Positions 26,496 to 39,493 of a stretch of 64,000 nucleotides of DNA are shown one piece after another. The notes under the pieces were generated by a model. That model did no database searches, was not told where the DNA came from, and saw nothing but the letters and a program-made list of their open reading frames with translations. Origin of the DNA: Octopus vulgaris (lineage: Eukaryota). The number at the start of each line of letters is the position of its first letter. Positions within the stretch are counted from its first letter, which is position 1. A program made the position numbers and the translations under genes. The DNA is taken from assembly GCA_951406725.2 (NCBI GenBank), contig OX597839.1, positions 18,910,001 to 18,974,000 of the forward strand. The letters run 5' to 3'.

Positions 26496-27442
26496 AAATA
26501 AGAAAAAAAAACCCCATATTTTCCAACATGAAATTTACCAATTCTCTTAATTAAAATGACTTCCAGGTGATTAGAATAAATGTATGTTTAAGAAAGAAGT
26601 GAAGAGAGTCTATACACTTTGTACACCATACGGTAGGGCCAGGTCTGATTGGTGTTTCTATTACTACCATTATCACCACTACTGATTCTACTACTACTAC
26701 TACTACTACTGTCACCACCATTCTTACTACTACGACCACTATCATTTCTACAACTATATGTCGAGAGAAGAAAGTGAGAAAGAGATAGATAGTGATAGAT
26801 AGAGAGAGAGATAACGAGAAAGAGAGAGAGGGGGGAAATTAAAATTTCAACCAGTTGATACCATGATTCCATCTCACGTTCCCCCTTGTTACACGTAACA
26901 GACTTTTGAAAACGGTTTTTTTCTGATCTGCTGGAAAGCATTGTAATGTGTAAAGGTGAATAGAAACCTGAAAGCTGTCACTGAGGGATTTCTAATGATA
27001 CAATGTTAGTTTTATTTGTTCCATTTTAGTATTTGAATTAGAACTCTTACGTTCGAAATATTATTGTGAAAAAAGAATAAAGTTGCTTTTTTAAAAAATT
27101 TAAAGTCACGTTGTTACACCGTTAAAATTTCTCACGAATCAAAACCTCTTGAATGAAAATGCTTTTGAATAGACTGGACAAACCAGTTTTGAAATTATAA
27201 TTAATTTAGTTTGGATGAACGTGAAGTGGAATTTTAAACGATTCGAGGATGCTTGTGAAGGCAGCTTGGACTGGCAAACCAGAGAAATTCTCTAAAATAT
27301 TTTAAGTTCCAATTCTTTCAACTCTGCCTCGTCAGGTTGCAATAATGCAGCACAGGATGGGCCAAAATCCACGTACCAAAACCTTTGACAATATATTACT
27401 TTATTATTATTATTATTATTCATTTTGTTCATCAGATACAAG

Positions 27443-27732
27443 CTGTGGTGGAATAGCCAGGCTGCCAGTTTGCGCAATTGCAAGTGGGCCCCTGCGCCAT
27501 TAGAATCCGCATACGGGGGTCCATGTCAGTATCTAAGGGGCCCATCCCCTCAAATTTGAGAATCTTTTTATTCACTCCTGGAAGAATGTATTAATTATTT
27601 CAGCCTGGCTGTGTTTGTACACAGTTGAAAAGAATACTTTTAACATAAAAAAACTAAATGATAGCATTGTAGTTGCGGGTGGGCCCCCTTAGTCTCTTGG
27701 CAACCAATATTTTTAGACTCAGTCCACCAATG
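27443..27732. mobile_element. Possible old MITE with gggcccc subterminal motifs
   Basis: Imperfect termini ctgtggtggaat and agtccaccaatg; repeated gggcccc. Confidence 0.4.
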
Positions 27733-27778
27733 GATACAAGTATGTGTATATTTCTCATTATATTATCAAAAAAAAAAA

Positions 27779-28107
27779 AGACCCCCTTCGGTCATGAATG
27801 ACCATGGGATTGCACCTAGAAAGTTACCCTCCTAGACACAAGTCCGGGCAAGGTTGTTTATGGAAGACCAGCAGTCACCCATGCATACCAGCCTCCCCTC
27901 TCCACGCCACCGGTGTTATCCAAGGGAAAGACCGATACAGCTTGGCACCAGTAACATCGCAACTCATTTCTACAGATGAGTGAACTGGAGTAAAGTGAAA
28001 TAAAGTGCCTTGCTCAAGAACAGAACACGCAGCCCGGTCCGGGATTCGAGCTCACAACCTCACGATCGCAAGCTCGACGCTCTAACCACTGAGCCATGCG
28101 CCTTCAC
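27779..28107 (-). mobile_element. SINE with family C head and alternative tail C2
   Basis: Homologous to 61848-62160 (ctaggtgcaatcccatggtcattcatgac). Confidence 0.88.
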
Positions 28108-28264
28108 TATTATATTATATATTTTATTCAATTTTAGAAGAATTGCCGGAGCTCGTTTTGAGCGTCTTTCGGCCCACCATGTATTTTGGTTACCGTTTGC
28201 TTTCTTCTGTTTTGTTGTATTATTTAAAAAATGAGTCTTTTAAGAGCTTTATTGTTTTACTGTT

Positions 28265-28667
28265 TTAATTATTTTGGTCATTTGGCTGTGGCCATGCTGC
28301 AGTACCACCATAAAGTGTTTTTGTCCAAGAAATCGACCCAGAACTGATTCTTTATAAACCTAGTACTTATACTATCACCCTCTTTTGCCGAACCACTGAG
28401 TTACAGAAACGTAATCACACCAACATCGGTTGTCAAGTGAAGGTGGGGTGGGGTGGGGGATAACCACAGACATACACACTCATAAATATATATATATACA
28501 TATACGGCGGGCTTCTGTGAGTTTCCGTCTACCAAATCCACTTACAAGGTTTTTGTGGGACTGAGGCTATAACAGAAGACACGTGCCCAAGATGCCATGC
28601 AGTGGGACTGAATCCGGAACCATGTAGTTGGGAAGCAAGCTTCATACCACACAGCCACGCATGCACC
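28265..28667 (-). mobile_element. SINE family A
   Basis: Homology to 8113-8510. Confidence 0.88.
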
Positions 28668-28897
28668 TATCGTTGTTCGAATTCTTGCAACAGAGTGAAT
28701 TCCGCTAGGAGTACCCAAGGTACCAGTTAACAACGTCGAGCCTGGCGATGAATGCAAATGATTAATTTGAAGGTCTGCGACGGGATTTGAAGAGCGCTAA
28801 GAAGTGGGAGAAATGTTAGTAGCTATCCAGTCCTACGTTCTTACATTTCCGTCAATCCACCGTCCTAAGTTGGTGGTTTTGTAACTGGGATGAATCG

Positions 28898-29355
28898 TTT
28901 TGCCTCAGCCGTTTTGACATCGACCACTTAGCATAAATAATTCGACGCTGACTTATTTGACAACAGGCGTTTTAATATTTTCTCGCTTTACTGTTTCTCT
29001 CATCTTCTCCTTCCCCACTCTCTGTCCTAGTTTGGTGCTTTTGTAACTGGTATGAATCCACCATCCAAGGTTAGTGTTTTTGTAACTGGTAAGAATCGTT
29101 TCTTTCGCCACACTTCTGTGGCTTCATCAGTGGTCCTTTGCTTTCTTCTTTCTTATTTGTGTATCTCTCCTTACTAACGGCCAGCCATTTTGTATTTTGT
29201 ATTTCTATTGTATGTGTTTTTATTTGCGCATGCGTATACCTGTTTTGCCTCAGCCGTTTTGACATCGCCCACTTAGCATAAATTGTTCGACGCTGACTTA
29301 TTTGACAACAGGCGTTTTAATGTTTTCTCGCTTTACGGTTTCTCTCATTTTCTCC
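28898..29355. repeat. Local duplication of about 110 bp (28898-29005 and 29243-29350)
   Basis: ttttgcctcagccgttttgacatcg..ttcgacgctgacttatttgacaacaggcgttttaat occurs twice. Confidence 0.85.
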
Positions 29356-29744
29356 CTCCTCTCACTGTGCTTATGTGTAATCACATTTCTCTATTTGTAT
29401 GAGGAAAATGGAAGTGTTTATGTCAGTTGTGCTTAATTTATGAATTGTAATGTCGTTCTCTCCCACCTCTTTCTCTCTTCTTCTTTCTCTCTCTCTCTCT
29501 CTCTCCCACTATTTATGTGTGTGAACATATATCTCTATTTGTATGAAGACAGGGAAAAAGTTTTATGTCAATGATTTTCAATTAATAAATTGAAACCTCT
29601 TTCCCTCTTTCCTCACTCTCCGCCTCTCTCTCTCTCTCTCTCTCTATGTGCGTAAACATATTTTTATGTATAAATGAAGAAGGAAAGAGCTTATGTCAAT
29701 CGTGCTCAGTTGATAAATTGTAATATCTCTCCCTGTTTCTCTCT

Positions 29745-29940
29745 TTCCTTTTACTTGCCATTTGACTGCGGCCATGCTGGAGCACCGCCTTTAGTCGAAC
29801 AAACCGACTCCAGGACTTCTTCTTTGTAAGCCTAGTACTTTTTCTAAAGGTCTCTTTTGTCGAACCGCTAAGTTACGCGGACATAAACACACCAACATTG
29901 GCTTTCAAGCGATGGTGGGGTGACAAAAACAAACGCACAA

Positions 29941-29998
<58 letters not shown>

Positions 29999-30156
29999 GA
30001 GGGGCTTCTTTCAGTTTCCGTCTACCGAATCCACTCGCAAGGCTTTGGTCAGCCCGAGGCTATAGTAGAAGACACCCAATGTGCCATGCAGTGGGAGTGA
30101 ACCAGGAACCATGTGTTTGGTAAACAAACTACTTATCACACAGCCACTCCCGCGCT
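29745..30156 (-). mobile_element. SINE family A, full length
   Basis: Homology to 8113-8510. Confidence 0.9.
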
Positions 30157-30184
30157 TCTCACTGTTTCTATATCTAACTTACCA

Positions 30185-30516
30185 CTATATTCAGAAACTG
30201 GGATGTGTCCTGTTACTTGGAAGATTCGGGAGCCTCAGCTCAAACCGTTTGGCCATGTACATCGATTTTCTGAGTTGGATCCGTCTCATCATGTTCTCTT
30301 CTCTGACGATCCAGTTGGGATGACGGCACATGTTGCTGGGCCACATGGCTATGTGCACATGGCTCTGTGCACATGGCTCATGGCAACGGCGCATGAGGAA
30401 CTAACTCACAGAGATAGTGGAAACAGCTCAGAGGATTGTCTGGGACAACCCGAGCAGCTGCCGACAAATAGTGGACGCAGTGACGCGCTGCAGCGGCACT
30501 TGCCGCCATACCTGAC
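30185..30516 (+). mobile_element. RTE-clade LINE C-terminal fragment
   Basis: ETGMCPVTWKIREPQLKPFGHVHRFSELDPSHHVL resembles the RTE R..QL..FGHV.R motif. Confidence 0.65.
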
Positions 30517-30611
30517 CCGGCCCTTTCCATCAGTATGTGTATATTTCCACGCATGTACCTGTGATTAGCTCCAGCACTGAATAGTACTGTTACCAGGACT
30601 GGCTGAATGAC

Positions 30612-31040
30612 CAGCCAGCCACGCCATATCACCAGCGCTCGTTCAGCCACACCAAATCATCAGCACCAAAGCAGCCGCGCCAAATCATCAGCGCCCAAAC
30701 AGCCACGCCAAATCATCAGCGCCCAACCAGCCACACCAAATCATCAGTACCCAACCAGCCACAACAAATTATCAGCACCCAAACAGCCACGCCAAATAAT
30801 CAGCGTGCAGACAGCTACGCCAAATCATCAGCGCCCAACCAGCCACACCAAATTATCAGCGCCCAAACAGCCACGCCAAATCATCAGCGCCTAAACAGCC
30901 ACGCCAAATCATCAGCACCCAAACAGCCACGCCAAATCATCAGCGCCAACCAGCCACACCAAATCGTCAGCGCTCAACCAGCCACACCAAATCATCAGCA
31001 CCCAAGCAGCCAAATCATCAGCGCCCAACCAGCTGCGCCC
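30612..31040. repeat. GC-rich minisatellite of about 28-29 bp (cagccacgccaaatcatcagcgcccaaa), roughly 15 copies
   Basis: Direct inspection. Confidence 0.95.
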
Positions 31041-31529
31041 GATCGTCTCATTTCATCCAGAACATATCAATGGAAATGTTAATTTCGTTGGGACTTCAAA
31101 ACACAACCCAGAAAGGGAGATCATATTCTGCAAGGCACTTTATTCAATACTCTACCGCCGCTGCCAACACGGCACCATACATAAACCAAGATACTTTCTG
31201 CTTATACACCACAGTATCATGTTATATAAAATCTGATACATTCTCTCCAAATTACAATATCATATTACATAACCTATAACACTTTCTGTGTTACAGTTTA
31301 TGTAAGACGATATTTTATCACCATATGATATATAGGATATCTGATATTTACTATTTTATAGCAAAATATCATCTGGTATATCATGGATTATATCATTCTG
31401 TAAACCTCAACAGCTGAGACCATAACAATCCATTGGATTGTAAATGTTGGAAATATATATATATAAAATGACATTTTGATGTAAAATAAACATAAGCTTT
31501 CAGAATTTATGTCAGATGGTATTGTCTTG

Positions 31530-31532
31530 TAA

Positions 31533-31593
<61 letters not shown>

Positions 31594-31789
31594 TTGTCTA
31601 TCTATTTATCTATCTCTCTACTTGTCTATTTATCTATTTGCCTATTTGTTTGTCCATCTATCTATCTTTTTTATTTATTTATCTATCTATCTATCTATCT
31701 ATCTTTTTATCTATCTATCTATCTTTTTATCTTTTTATCTATCTATCTATCTATCTATCTATTTATTTATCTATCTTTTCATCTATCTA

Positions 31790-31820
<31 letters not shown>

Positions 31821-31910
31821 ATCTATTTATCTATCTATCGATCCATCCATCCATCAATCCATCTATCTATTTGTCTTTCTCTCTCTCTCTGTCTCTCTCT
31901 CTATCTATCT
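31530..31910. repeat. (TATC)n degenerate microsatellite
   Basis: Direct inspection. Confidence 0.95.
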
Positions 31911-32149
31911 AATACAATATTTAATAGGATGCATTGAAATAAATCATAGTAAATGTTTCTATAACGGACTCACACATTTACATAATATGTATATCCATCA
32001 TTTCATCGGCAATTTAATTCTAAGTAAATGTTTAAAACGAAGCAAAACATTGCGTTTGTTATTACACGTTAAAGAATACATACCATATGTTATGTTTCGC
32101 GCAAAATACTAAACGAAAATAAAACAACATTTATACTCTGTGTGTTTGT

Positions 32150-32305
32150 GTGTCTGTGTGTGCTTGACAGGTGATGTTGTGTCTTTGCATCCCTGTACTT
32201 AGCGGTCCAGCAAAATCGACCGATAGAAGAAGTACTAGGGTCGATTTGTTCGACTGAAAGGGGTGCTCTAGCATGGCTGCAGTCAAATGACTGAAACAAG
32301 TAAAA
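32150..32305 (+). mobile_element. SINE family A 3' half
   Basis: gaccgatagaagaagtactagg..agcatggctgcagtcaaatgactgaaacaagtaaaa. Confidence 0.8.
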
Positions 32306-32599
32306 TAATATATATATATATATATATATAGACACGCATAGAGGTATATGCATGCGCAAATAAAAACACATACAATAGAAGTACCAAATACAAAATGGCT
32401 GGCCGTTAGTAAGGAGAGACACACAAATAAGAAAGAAGAAAGCAAAGGACAACTGATGAGGCCACAGAAGTGTGACGAAAGAACTCTGGTCGAAATAAGA
32501 TTAAGATTAATGTAAAAAATAAAGCTGAAGCAAATTAACACCAAATATATAGTGCGTGTGTATTTATTGGCTAAACTGGCAAAATGACCATTCCTAAAT

Positions 32600-32630
<31 letters not shown>

Positions 32631-32669
32631 GTTATTGTATCTGAAGTCAATTCCAACAGAATTAAGTTT

Positions 32670-33059
32670 ATGTCAAGTAACTCTAAGGTTAAAAATTCTA
32701 TATACCAGTGTATAATCAGTACTCGTAATAAAGTACGATTTTACATTGGAAGCACATCGTTAGAGTTATCTAAAAGAATTTCTATCCATTACTCAACATT
32801 TAGGGATAGAAATAAACGGAATAGTACCGGTCTCAGCAAACTGATTTGGGATTTAAAAGACCATAATGAACAATTTCATTTAAAATGGTTGATCCTCTCA
32901 ATTTCGATACCATATGACAAAGGCAAGAAATTCTGTCTTCTCTGCAATTCTGAGCTATTTTTCATTATTTTTTCTAAAAATACTCTAGTAAACACGGTTA
33001 TAGAGCGAGCATACAGATGTAAGCATTGGCAAAAACATACATTTAGTGCATATAAGTAG
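32670..33059 (+). mobile_element. Penelope-like element GIY-YIG endonuclease domain (Naiad-like), 5'-truncated, open to its stop codon
   Basis: SIYQC...FYIGST...KR...H..TF, STGLSKLIWDLK, KWLIL, CLLCNSE and N..IE...CKH..K. Confidence 0.85.
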
Positions 33060-33260
33060 CCTCTATCATTATATATAATTTAAACTTTAATTTCCTTTAT
33101 ATTTAACATTCACTATTAATATCCCTACTCTTTCTGTTAGCTACATATGACGTTATATCATATAACGTTTTTTTAAACAATATTAATAGCGTTCTGTCTA
33201 TCGCTATACAAATCCATCATTTTTTGCTAAAATGTCGTATTGACGAGTTTCGTTTTTTTC

Positions 33261-33346
33261 ACTTTCCCGAAGAGAAGATTGCATTGTTTATACCATTTAT
33301 TCTTTTGAATAGTATCAGTGGAATTTTCGAAACATGTGTCGAAAGT
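33261..33346 (+). ncRNA. Hammerhead-like motif in the 3' region of the Penelope-like element
   Basis: actttc-CCGAAGA-gaagatt...aattttc-GAAA-catgtGTC-gaaagt; stem I actttc/gaaagt is perfect, but the core has U4>C. Confidence 0.55.
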
Positions 33347-33385
33347 AAAAATATTTGTTTACACCTGCGTTAACTCCATTTTTTA

Positions 33386-33438
<53 letters not shown>

Positions 33439-33451
33439 ATATATATATATA

Positions 33452-33809
33452 TCTCTATATAAACGGCAGTTTGTCTATGTGTCTGTTAGGTTGTACCCTC
33501 ACCCTGACCACGGCTTTCAACCGACTCTGATGAAACTTGACACACACATAGCCCAATGTCATAATTCAAAACTAACGCAGCGAAAATTTTGAAACGTTCC
33601 CCCAGTTCTGAAAAAAATCGATAAATTCGACATGGGGTCGAGAATCAGAAACACAAACTACAGACTGTCTAGGGGACGCAACTCGACCGTTTTAACTCTC
33701 AAAAAAAAATTTACCATAATTTTTTCCCATTTTTTTTGCTATTTTTTGGCTATAACTCTCTAAAAATGTTTATAGTTATTTCCCTTACAAACCCGAGCAA
33801 CGCCGGGCG

Positions 33810-33810
<1 letters not shown>
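33452..33810 (+). mobile_element. Non-autonomous Helitron
   Basis: A|TCTCTATATAAA 5' end and 3' hairpin cccgagcaacgccggg; the terminal CTAG is not seen. Confidence 0.7.
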
Positions 33811-33863
<53 letters not shown>

Positions 33864-34514
33864 AATATATGGTAAATAGACAAACGCCATAACGTATACT
33901 GAGTGTACAAACCGGAGGGGAGACAGACACAAAAAAGTCCCTAATTCTTCATCAGTTATCAACTAAAATGGGTAATACTCAGTTTCGTACCATTAATGAT
34001 GCCAGAATGTTGCGGTGAATAGGGCCGAGAATGGACATAAGGACATGAATAAATGTGATTTAAGAGGATGGACAAAGACGAAATAAATAAGACACGTGCA
34101 AAGTATAGTCTGAGAGTCAAACAGTCAAAAATAGTGAGTAACGCTTGCTTAGAAGACATCCTAAAGGATAGAAAACAGTGAAATAGAGAGTTTGTTACCA
34201 GTCACCTACGCGACCGGTGTGATATTGGGAGAGAAAGAAAGGAAAGCTGGCAACGGGTCCTGTGACAGCAACAGGCAGAGGAGAAAGAGGGCAAGAGAGA
34301 GATAGGGAGAGAGAGCGACAGGGAGAAGGGATGAAGCTGGAAAGAGAAAGAAGAAAGGCTAGGAGAATAAGAAATAGAAAGTCATTGATACAGTATTATA
34401 TATTTGAAAAAAAAAGTATAGAAATGGCTTTACTGATAATTTTCCCACATCCAATTATTTAAGTGGGAAAGTTATCTGAAAAGCCATTTTCATTCATTTA
34501 TATATATCTTTTAT

Positions 34515-34712
34515 CTTTTATTTTGTTTCAGTTATTTGACTGCGGCCGTGCTGGAGCACTACCTTTAGTCAAGCAATTTGACTCCAGGACTTATTCTTTG
34601 TAAGCCGAGTACTTATTCTATCGTCCCTCTTGCCGAACCGCTAGGTGACGGGACGTAAACAAACCAGCATCGGTTGTCAAGCGATGTTGGGGGAACAAAC
34701 ACAGACCCACAA

Positions 34713-34751
<39 letters not shown>

Positions 34752-35467
34752 CGACGGGATTTTTTCAGTTTCCGTCTAACAAATCCACTCACAATGGGTT
34801 TCGCGCTAGGAATACAATGGAGTGTGTGACAACATTATAAGAGGCACGCATGGCTGTGTGGTTTAGCTCATTTAGCAACCTCGTAGTTTCGGGTTCAACC
34901 CCAGTGCATAGCACCTTGGGCAAATGTCATCTATTAATCTATTATAACAGCCGATTGTCTAATGCCGTTTTGGATAGTGGTGTCTGATAGCCGATACTGG
35001 TGGACGTGCTTTATAAAGTAAATTCCATATATATTGTTTTACTTTTTCACTCATTAGGTTGTGGCCATGCTGGGGCACCACCTTGAAGAGATTTTTGTCG
35101 AACGAATCGACTCCGGTACTTATTTCTTGTTAGGGCTGGTATTTATTCAATTGCTCTGTTTTATCGAACCGTAAAGTTACGGGTGACGTAAACACACCAG
35201 CACCGGTTGATAAGCAGTGATGGGGAACAAACACAGATATGAAAGCACCAAACAAAAACACACACACACACACACGCACACACATATACACATACATGTA
35301 TGTATGGCGGGTTTCTTTCCGTTTCCGTCAACCAAATACACTCACAACGCTTTGACCAGCCCGAGGCTTTAGAAGAAGACACTTCTCCAAGGAGCCACTC
35401 AATAGGACTGAACCAGGAACCACGTGGTTGGAAAATCAAGCTTCTTACTATACAGCCATACCTGCGC

Positions 35468-35468
<1 letters not shown>
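34515..35468. mobile_element. SINE family A cluster (- 34515-34795, + head 34843-35010, - 35035-35468)
   Basis: Homology to other family A copies. Confidence 0.85.
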
Positions 35469-35509
<41 letters not shown>

Positions 35510-35797
35510 GGAGGCGCAATGGCCCAGTGGTTAGGGCAGCAGATTCTCGGTTTCGATTCCCAGACCGGGCGTTGTGAGTGTTTATTGAGCGGAAACACCT
35601 AAAAGCTCCACAAGGCTCCGGCAGGGGGTGGTGGCGATCCCTGCTGTACTCTTTCGCCACAACTTTCTCTCACTCTTAATTCTGTTGGCCTGCTCGCTTA
35701 GCCAGCGGGGTGACGCCATTTGTAGGCTAAAACAATGCGAAGCGCATTGTGACCAGCGATGTGTAGCAACATCTGATAGCCTGGTCGGTCACGGTGA
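35510..35797 (+). mobile_element. SINE family D
   Basis: tRNA-like head ggaggcgcaatggcccagtggttagggc, body gtgtttattgagcg.aaacacctaaaagctcc and tail atctgatagcctggtcggtcacggtga; a second copy is at 60808-61088. Confidence 0.88.
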
Positions 35798-35803
35798 CAC
35801 AAT

Positions 35804-35852
<49 letters not shown>

Positions 35853-36216
35853 AGAATTTAATATAAAATATAAATTACAAAGTGGGACAAGAACGCAAAA
35901 ACACACAAAGAGACGACATCAAGCTCTAATCTTCAGTCGGAACGGAAAAAAACAGACAGGGTCACTCGAATGAAGCCTCTAATCTTCAGTCGGGAACCGG
36001 ATCATCTTAGTGATTTCGGCTGTTTAATCTCGATATATTACTAATATATATCAATATATATATATTATACAATATAAATCCATATATACGGGCATTGGAT
36101 TTCATATGGAAAGAGGGTCGAATGTATACGGAACAAAGACAGGATGCCACACGAATGTAAATACAAGAAACAAAAATATATATAAAAACACGAAGGAGGA
36201 CAGTATATACAGGAGC

Positions 36217-36303
<87 letters not shown>

Positions 36304-36734
36304 ATATATGCACACACACACAAGCATGCACATATTTAATTAGATGTAGTCTGTCAACGTCAAAACAATGTCATTTCATTTCCGTGCCTATATTACTTCG
36401 AAATATTATCATATCACTTTACGTATACAATACCAATATCATTTCATACATTCCAACGAAGTGTTACGTAATCAGCCAACATAATATAAAACCTTGCCTA
36501 TTTAGAACATTCAAAGGAAAGTGACTTTCGGGAAAATATATTTCGCCAAGGAATGGTTTGCGGAATTAGGAGAAAGAATACAAGAATTCCTTTCTAAATC
36601 TTCACGTTATTAAGTTGCGCTCTTTTAATGTTCCGCCATGGGAACTATTGCTCGGACCACCTTTGACATTTATCATTCCGAGTTCGCTGTGGGGATTTCG
36701 ATAGCATAACGTAACAACAGTTAAGTTATTAGAG

Positions 36735-38100
36735 CTGTGGTCGGTATGATGGTATTATTACAGGGTGATGGGGTGGAGATCGTGCTGATCTATGGCGCAG
36801 TGCTGATGATGGAATTATTAATGGGTGATCGGGGTGGAGATCGTGCTGGTTCATGGCGTAGTGCTGATGATGGTAGACTTGGTTGCCAGTGCTGGTTGGT
36901 GATGGTGGAAGCATTGTTGATGATATTAATAGCAGTAGTTGTAGTAATAGTAGTAGTAGTATTAATTGTAGTAATAATAATAGTTGTAATAGTAGCAGCA
37001 GTGTTGCTTGTGAAGGTAAAGCTGTTGGTGGTGGTGGTGGTGTTAATGTTACGGCGAGTAGTGGTGGAGTTGCGATGACAATGGAGGTGGTGGTGGTTTC
37101 GCAATGGTGAATGTTGTATGGTGATAGTAACGATCATGAAGATGGTGATGGCGGGGTGGTTGCGATCGTGGTGGTGGCTGTAACAGTAATGGTTGTGGTA
37201 GTAGTGGTGGTGCTGGTTTTAGAGTGTAGGCAGTAGTGGCGATAGCGGTGGGGATGCTCTTGGTGGTGAAAGTTATCGTCGTGGCTGTAGTGCTCGTGGT
37301 GGAGGTGATAGAGGTGGTAGTGTTGGTAGTAGTGCTGGCGATGGGTGTGGTAGTGGTAGTGCTGACGATGGGCGTGGTGGTGGTTGTGGTGATAGTGCTG
37401 GTGGTGTTGGTAGTGGTGATAAAGTTGGTGTCGATGGTGGTGATAGTGGTGGCGGTGTTGGTTGTGGTGATGGTGGTAGTGCTGGTAATGGGGAGCTGGC
37501 GGTGATGCGATGGTAGTAGTTCCAGTGGTGGTGGCTGTGGTGGGAGCGCTGCTGGTGGGAGTTGTGGTGATAGTGGTAGCGGTGTGGTGGTCGCGGTTAT
37601 AGTGCTGGTGGTGATGGTAGCTCTGGTGATAGGAATGGTGGTTGTAGTAGTACTGAAGGTGATGGTGGTGGTGATGGTAGTAGTGCTGGTAATGGAGTGC
37701 TGGTGGTGATGCGATGCTAGTTGTGCCAGTGGTGGTGGCTGTGGTGGGAGCGCTGCTGGTGGCTGTGGTGGGAGCGCTGCTGGTGGTAGTAATACTGAGG
37801 GTGGTGGTGGTGGTGGTGGTGATGGTAGTAGTGCTGGTAATGGGGTGCTGGTGGTGATGCGATGCTAGTAGTTCCAGTGGTGGTGGCTGTGGTGGGAGCG
37901 CTGCTGGTGGGAGTTGTGGTGATAGTGGTAGCGGTGTGGTGGTCGTGGTGATAGTGCTGGTGGTGGTAGTAATACTGAGGGTGGTGGTAGTGGTGATGGC
38001 AGTAGTGCTGGTAATGGAGTGCTGGTGGTGATGGTAGCTCTGGTGATAGGAATGGTGGTGGTAGTAGTACTGAGGGTGGTGGTGGTAATGGCGATGCGTG
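36735..38100. repeat. Degenerate (GGT/GAT/AGT)n array with higher-order duplications
   Basis: Blocks such as gtggtggtggctgtggtgggagcgctgctggtgg recur four times. Confidence 0.9.
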
Positions 38101-38189
38101 GCAATTAAATCGACCGCACACGTCTCAGAAAAAGAATAAATAACATTAAAAAAATGAACAAGTAAAACAAAAAAAAATGAATTCATCCT

Positions 38190-38870
38190 CTTGTGGCGAA
38201 ATTTAGAAATATTTATTGGCTTGCAAGTGCAGAACCAATATTTATGAGCAACTAAACTACATCGATCTTAGCGCTGTAAGAGGAGGGCCTGCAAGCAAAG
38301 GTTACGCGCTTTTGTTTTACTTCTCTCCCACCTTTAGATTACGCAAAACAATTTAAAAAACAAAACAAACAACAACAAAAAAATGAAAAAAAAAAACAAA
38401 ACAAAGTAAACCTCTCTCTCCCCTTAAAACAAACAAACAAATAAATAAACAAAGCCCTGAAATCCCGATGTGCTTTCAGTCGCCGATGAAAGAACGGAAT
38501 AATGAAACATATTTCATATCCATTTAGGCCGCTTAATGTCCCGTCAGAAAGACAGGAATAGATCAAGCTACACGTCTTATACTTTCTTCCGATGGAAATT
38601 ATGTTATGAGACCTCAGCGACCAATCGAGAAAGAAGCCGATATTGCACAATATATTACATAACGAAAGCGATTGTCTAACTGCATCTGCATCGCACGGAT
38701 ATCCACTCCGTAATCTCCAACTTAATTAAAAGCGGATCTTATCGGATTTTCTGTAAGTCTGTAAAATATGTCTCCAGCATCAGATATTGATGAAATTTTT
38801 CCCTTTCTCTCCACTTCCGGTTCTTACATGGTCGCCATTTTGTGCTACTACTGATTCATTTTAAAATCAA
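38190..38870. promoter_or_regulatory. Candidate promoter / first-exon island
   Basis: Largely non-repetitive and CpG-richer than its flanks, with CCAAT motifs (about 38214, 38234, 38621), an ETS site acttccgg (38813-38820), a YY1 site cgccatttt (38833-38841) and splice-donor-like motifs. Confidence 0.35.
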
Positions 38871-38909
38871 AAATATTATATTATCGTCTGCTTTCTTTCG
38901 AAGTTCAGT

Positions 38910-38940
<31 letters not shown>

Positions 38941-39114
38941 CAACAGTGGTAGTTTTAATGGTTGAGGAGGTAGGGATAGTGTTTGAAGTGGTTGTTGCGA
39001 TGGCTTAAGTAGTGGCCGAACTACAGACAACAGTGATAAATGTTGTCGTATTGAAGAGTAGTAATGGTTGTGCTAGTAGTTAATAACATACGTGATGGTA
39101 TTGATAACATTTGA

Positions 39115-39351
39115 GGGCGGCGAGCTGGCAGAAACGTTAGCACGCCGGGCGAAATGCGTAGCTGTATTTCGTCTGCCGTTACGTTCTGAGTTAAAATTCC
39201 GCCGAGGTCGACTTTGCCTTTCATCCTTTCGGGGTCGATTAAATAAGTACCAGTTACGCACTGGGGTCGATATAATCGACTTAATCCGTTTGTTTGTCCT
39301 TGTTTGTCCTCTCTGTGTTTAGCCCCTTGTGGGTAGTAAAGAAATAGGTAT
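39115..39351 (+). mobile_element. SINE family B, full length, with a 17-bp TSD
   Basis: TSD ggtattgataacatttg (39097-39113) and ggtattgatgacatttg (39347-39363). Confidence 0.92.
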
Positions 39352-39493
39352 TGATGACATTTGTGGTGATAATGGTGATGGCTTAAATGGTACTAATGAT
39401 GGTTTGGGTGGTAGTGGTGGGAGTGGTGGTGCTGTTAGTGATAAACGTGTTCGTAGTTAGTGATAAGAGATTTGCTCGTATTGGTGATGGTTG

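Noticed and set aside
30612-31040. CRISPR-like periodic array
   Set aside because: Contiguous tandem units with no unique spacers, no cas genes and a eukaryotic context.
33525-33540. ctgatgaaac as a hammerhead core
   Set aside because: No stem II; it is part of the common Helitron internal motif ccgat..tgatgaaa.
33940-34005. Minus-strand GAAAC...CTGATGA arrangement
   Set aside because: Stems I and II cannot be closed convincingly; at most a decayed Penelope fragment.
37134-38186. 350-aa His/Thr-rich ORF on the minus strand
   Set aside because: Entirely derived from degenerate (CAC/CAT)n; overlapping frames are also open.
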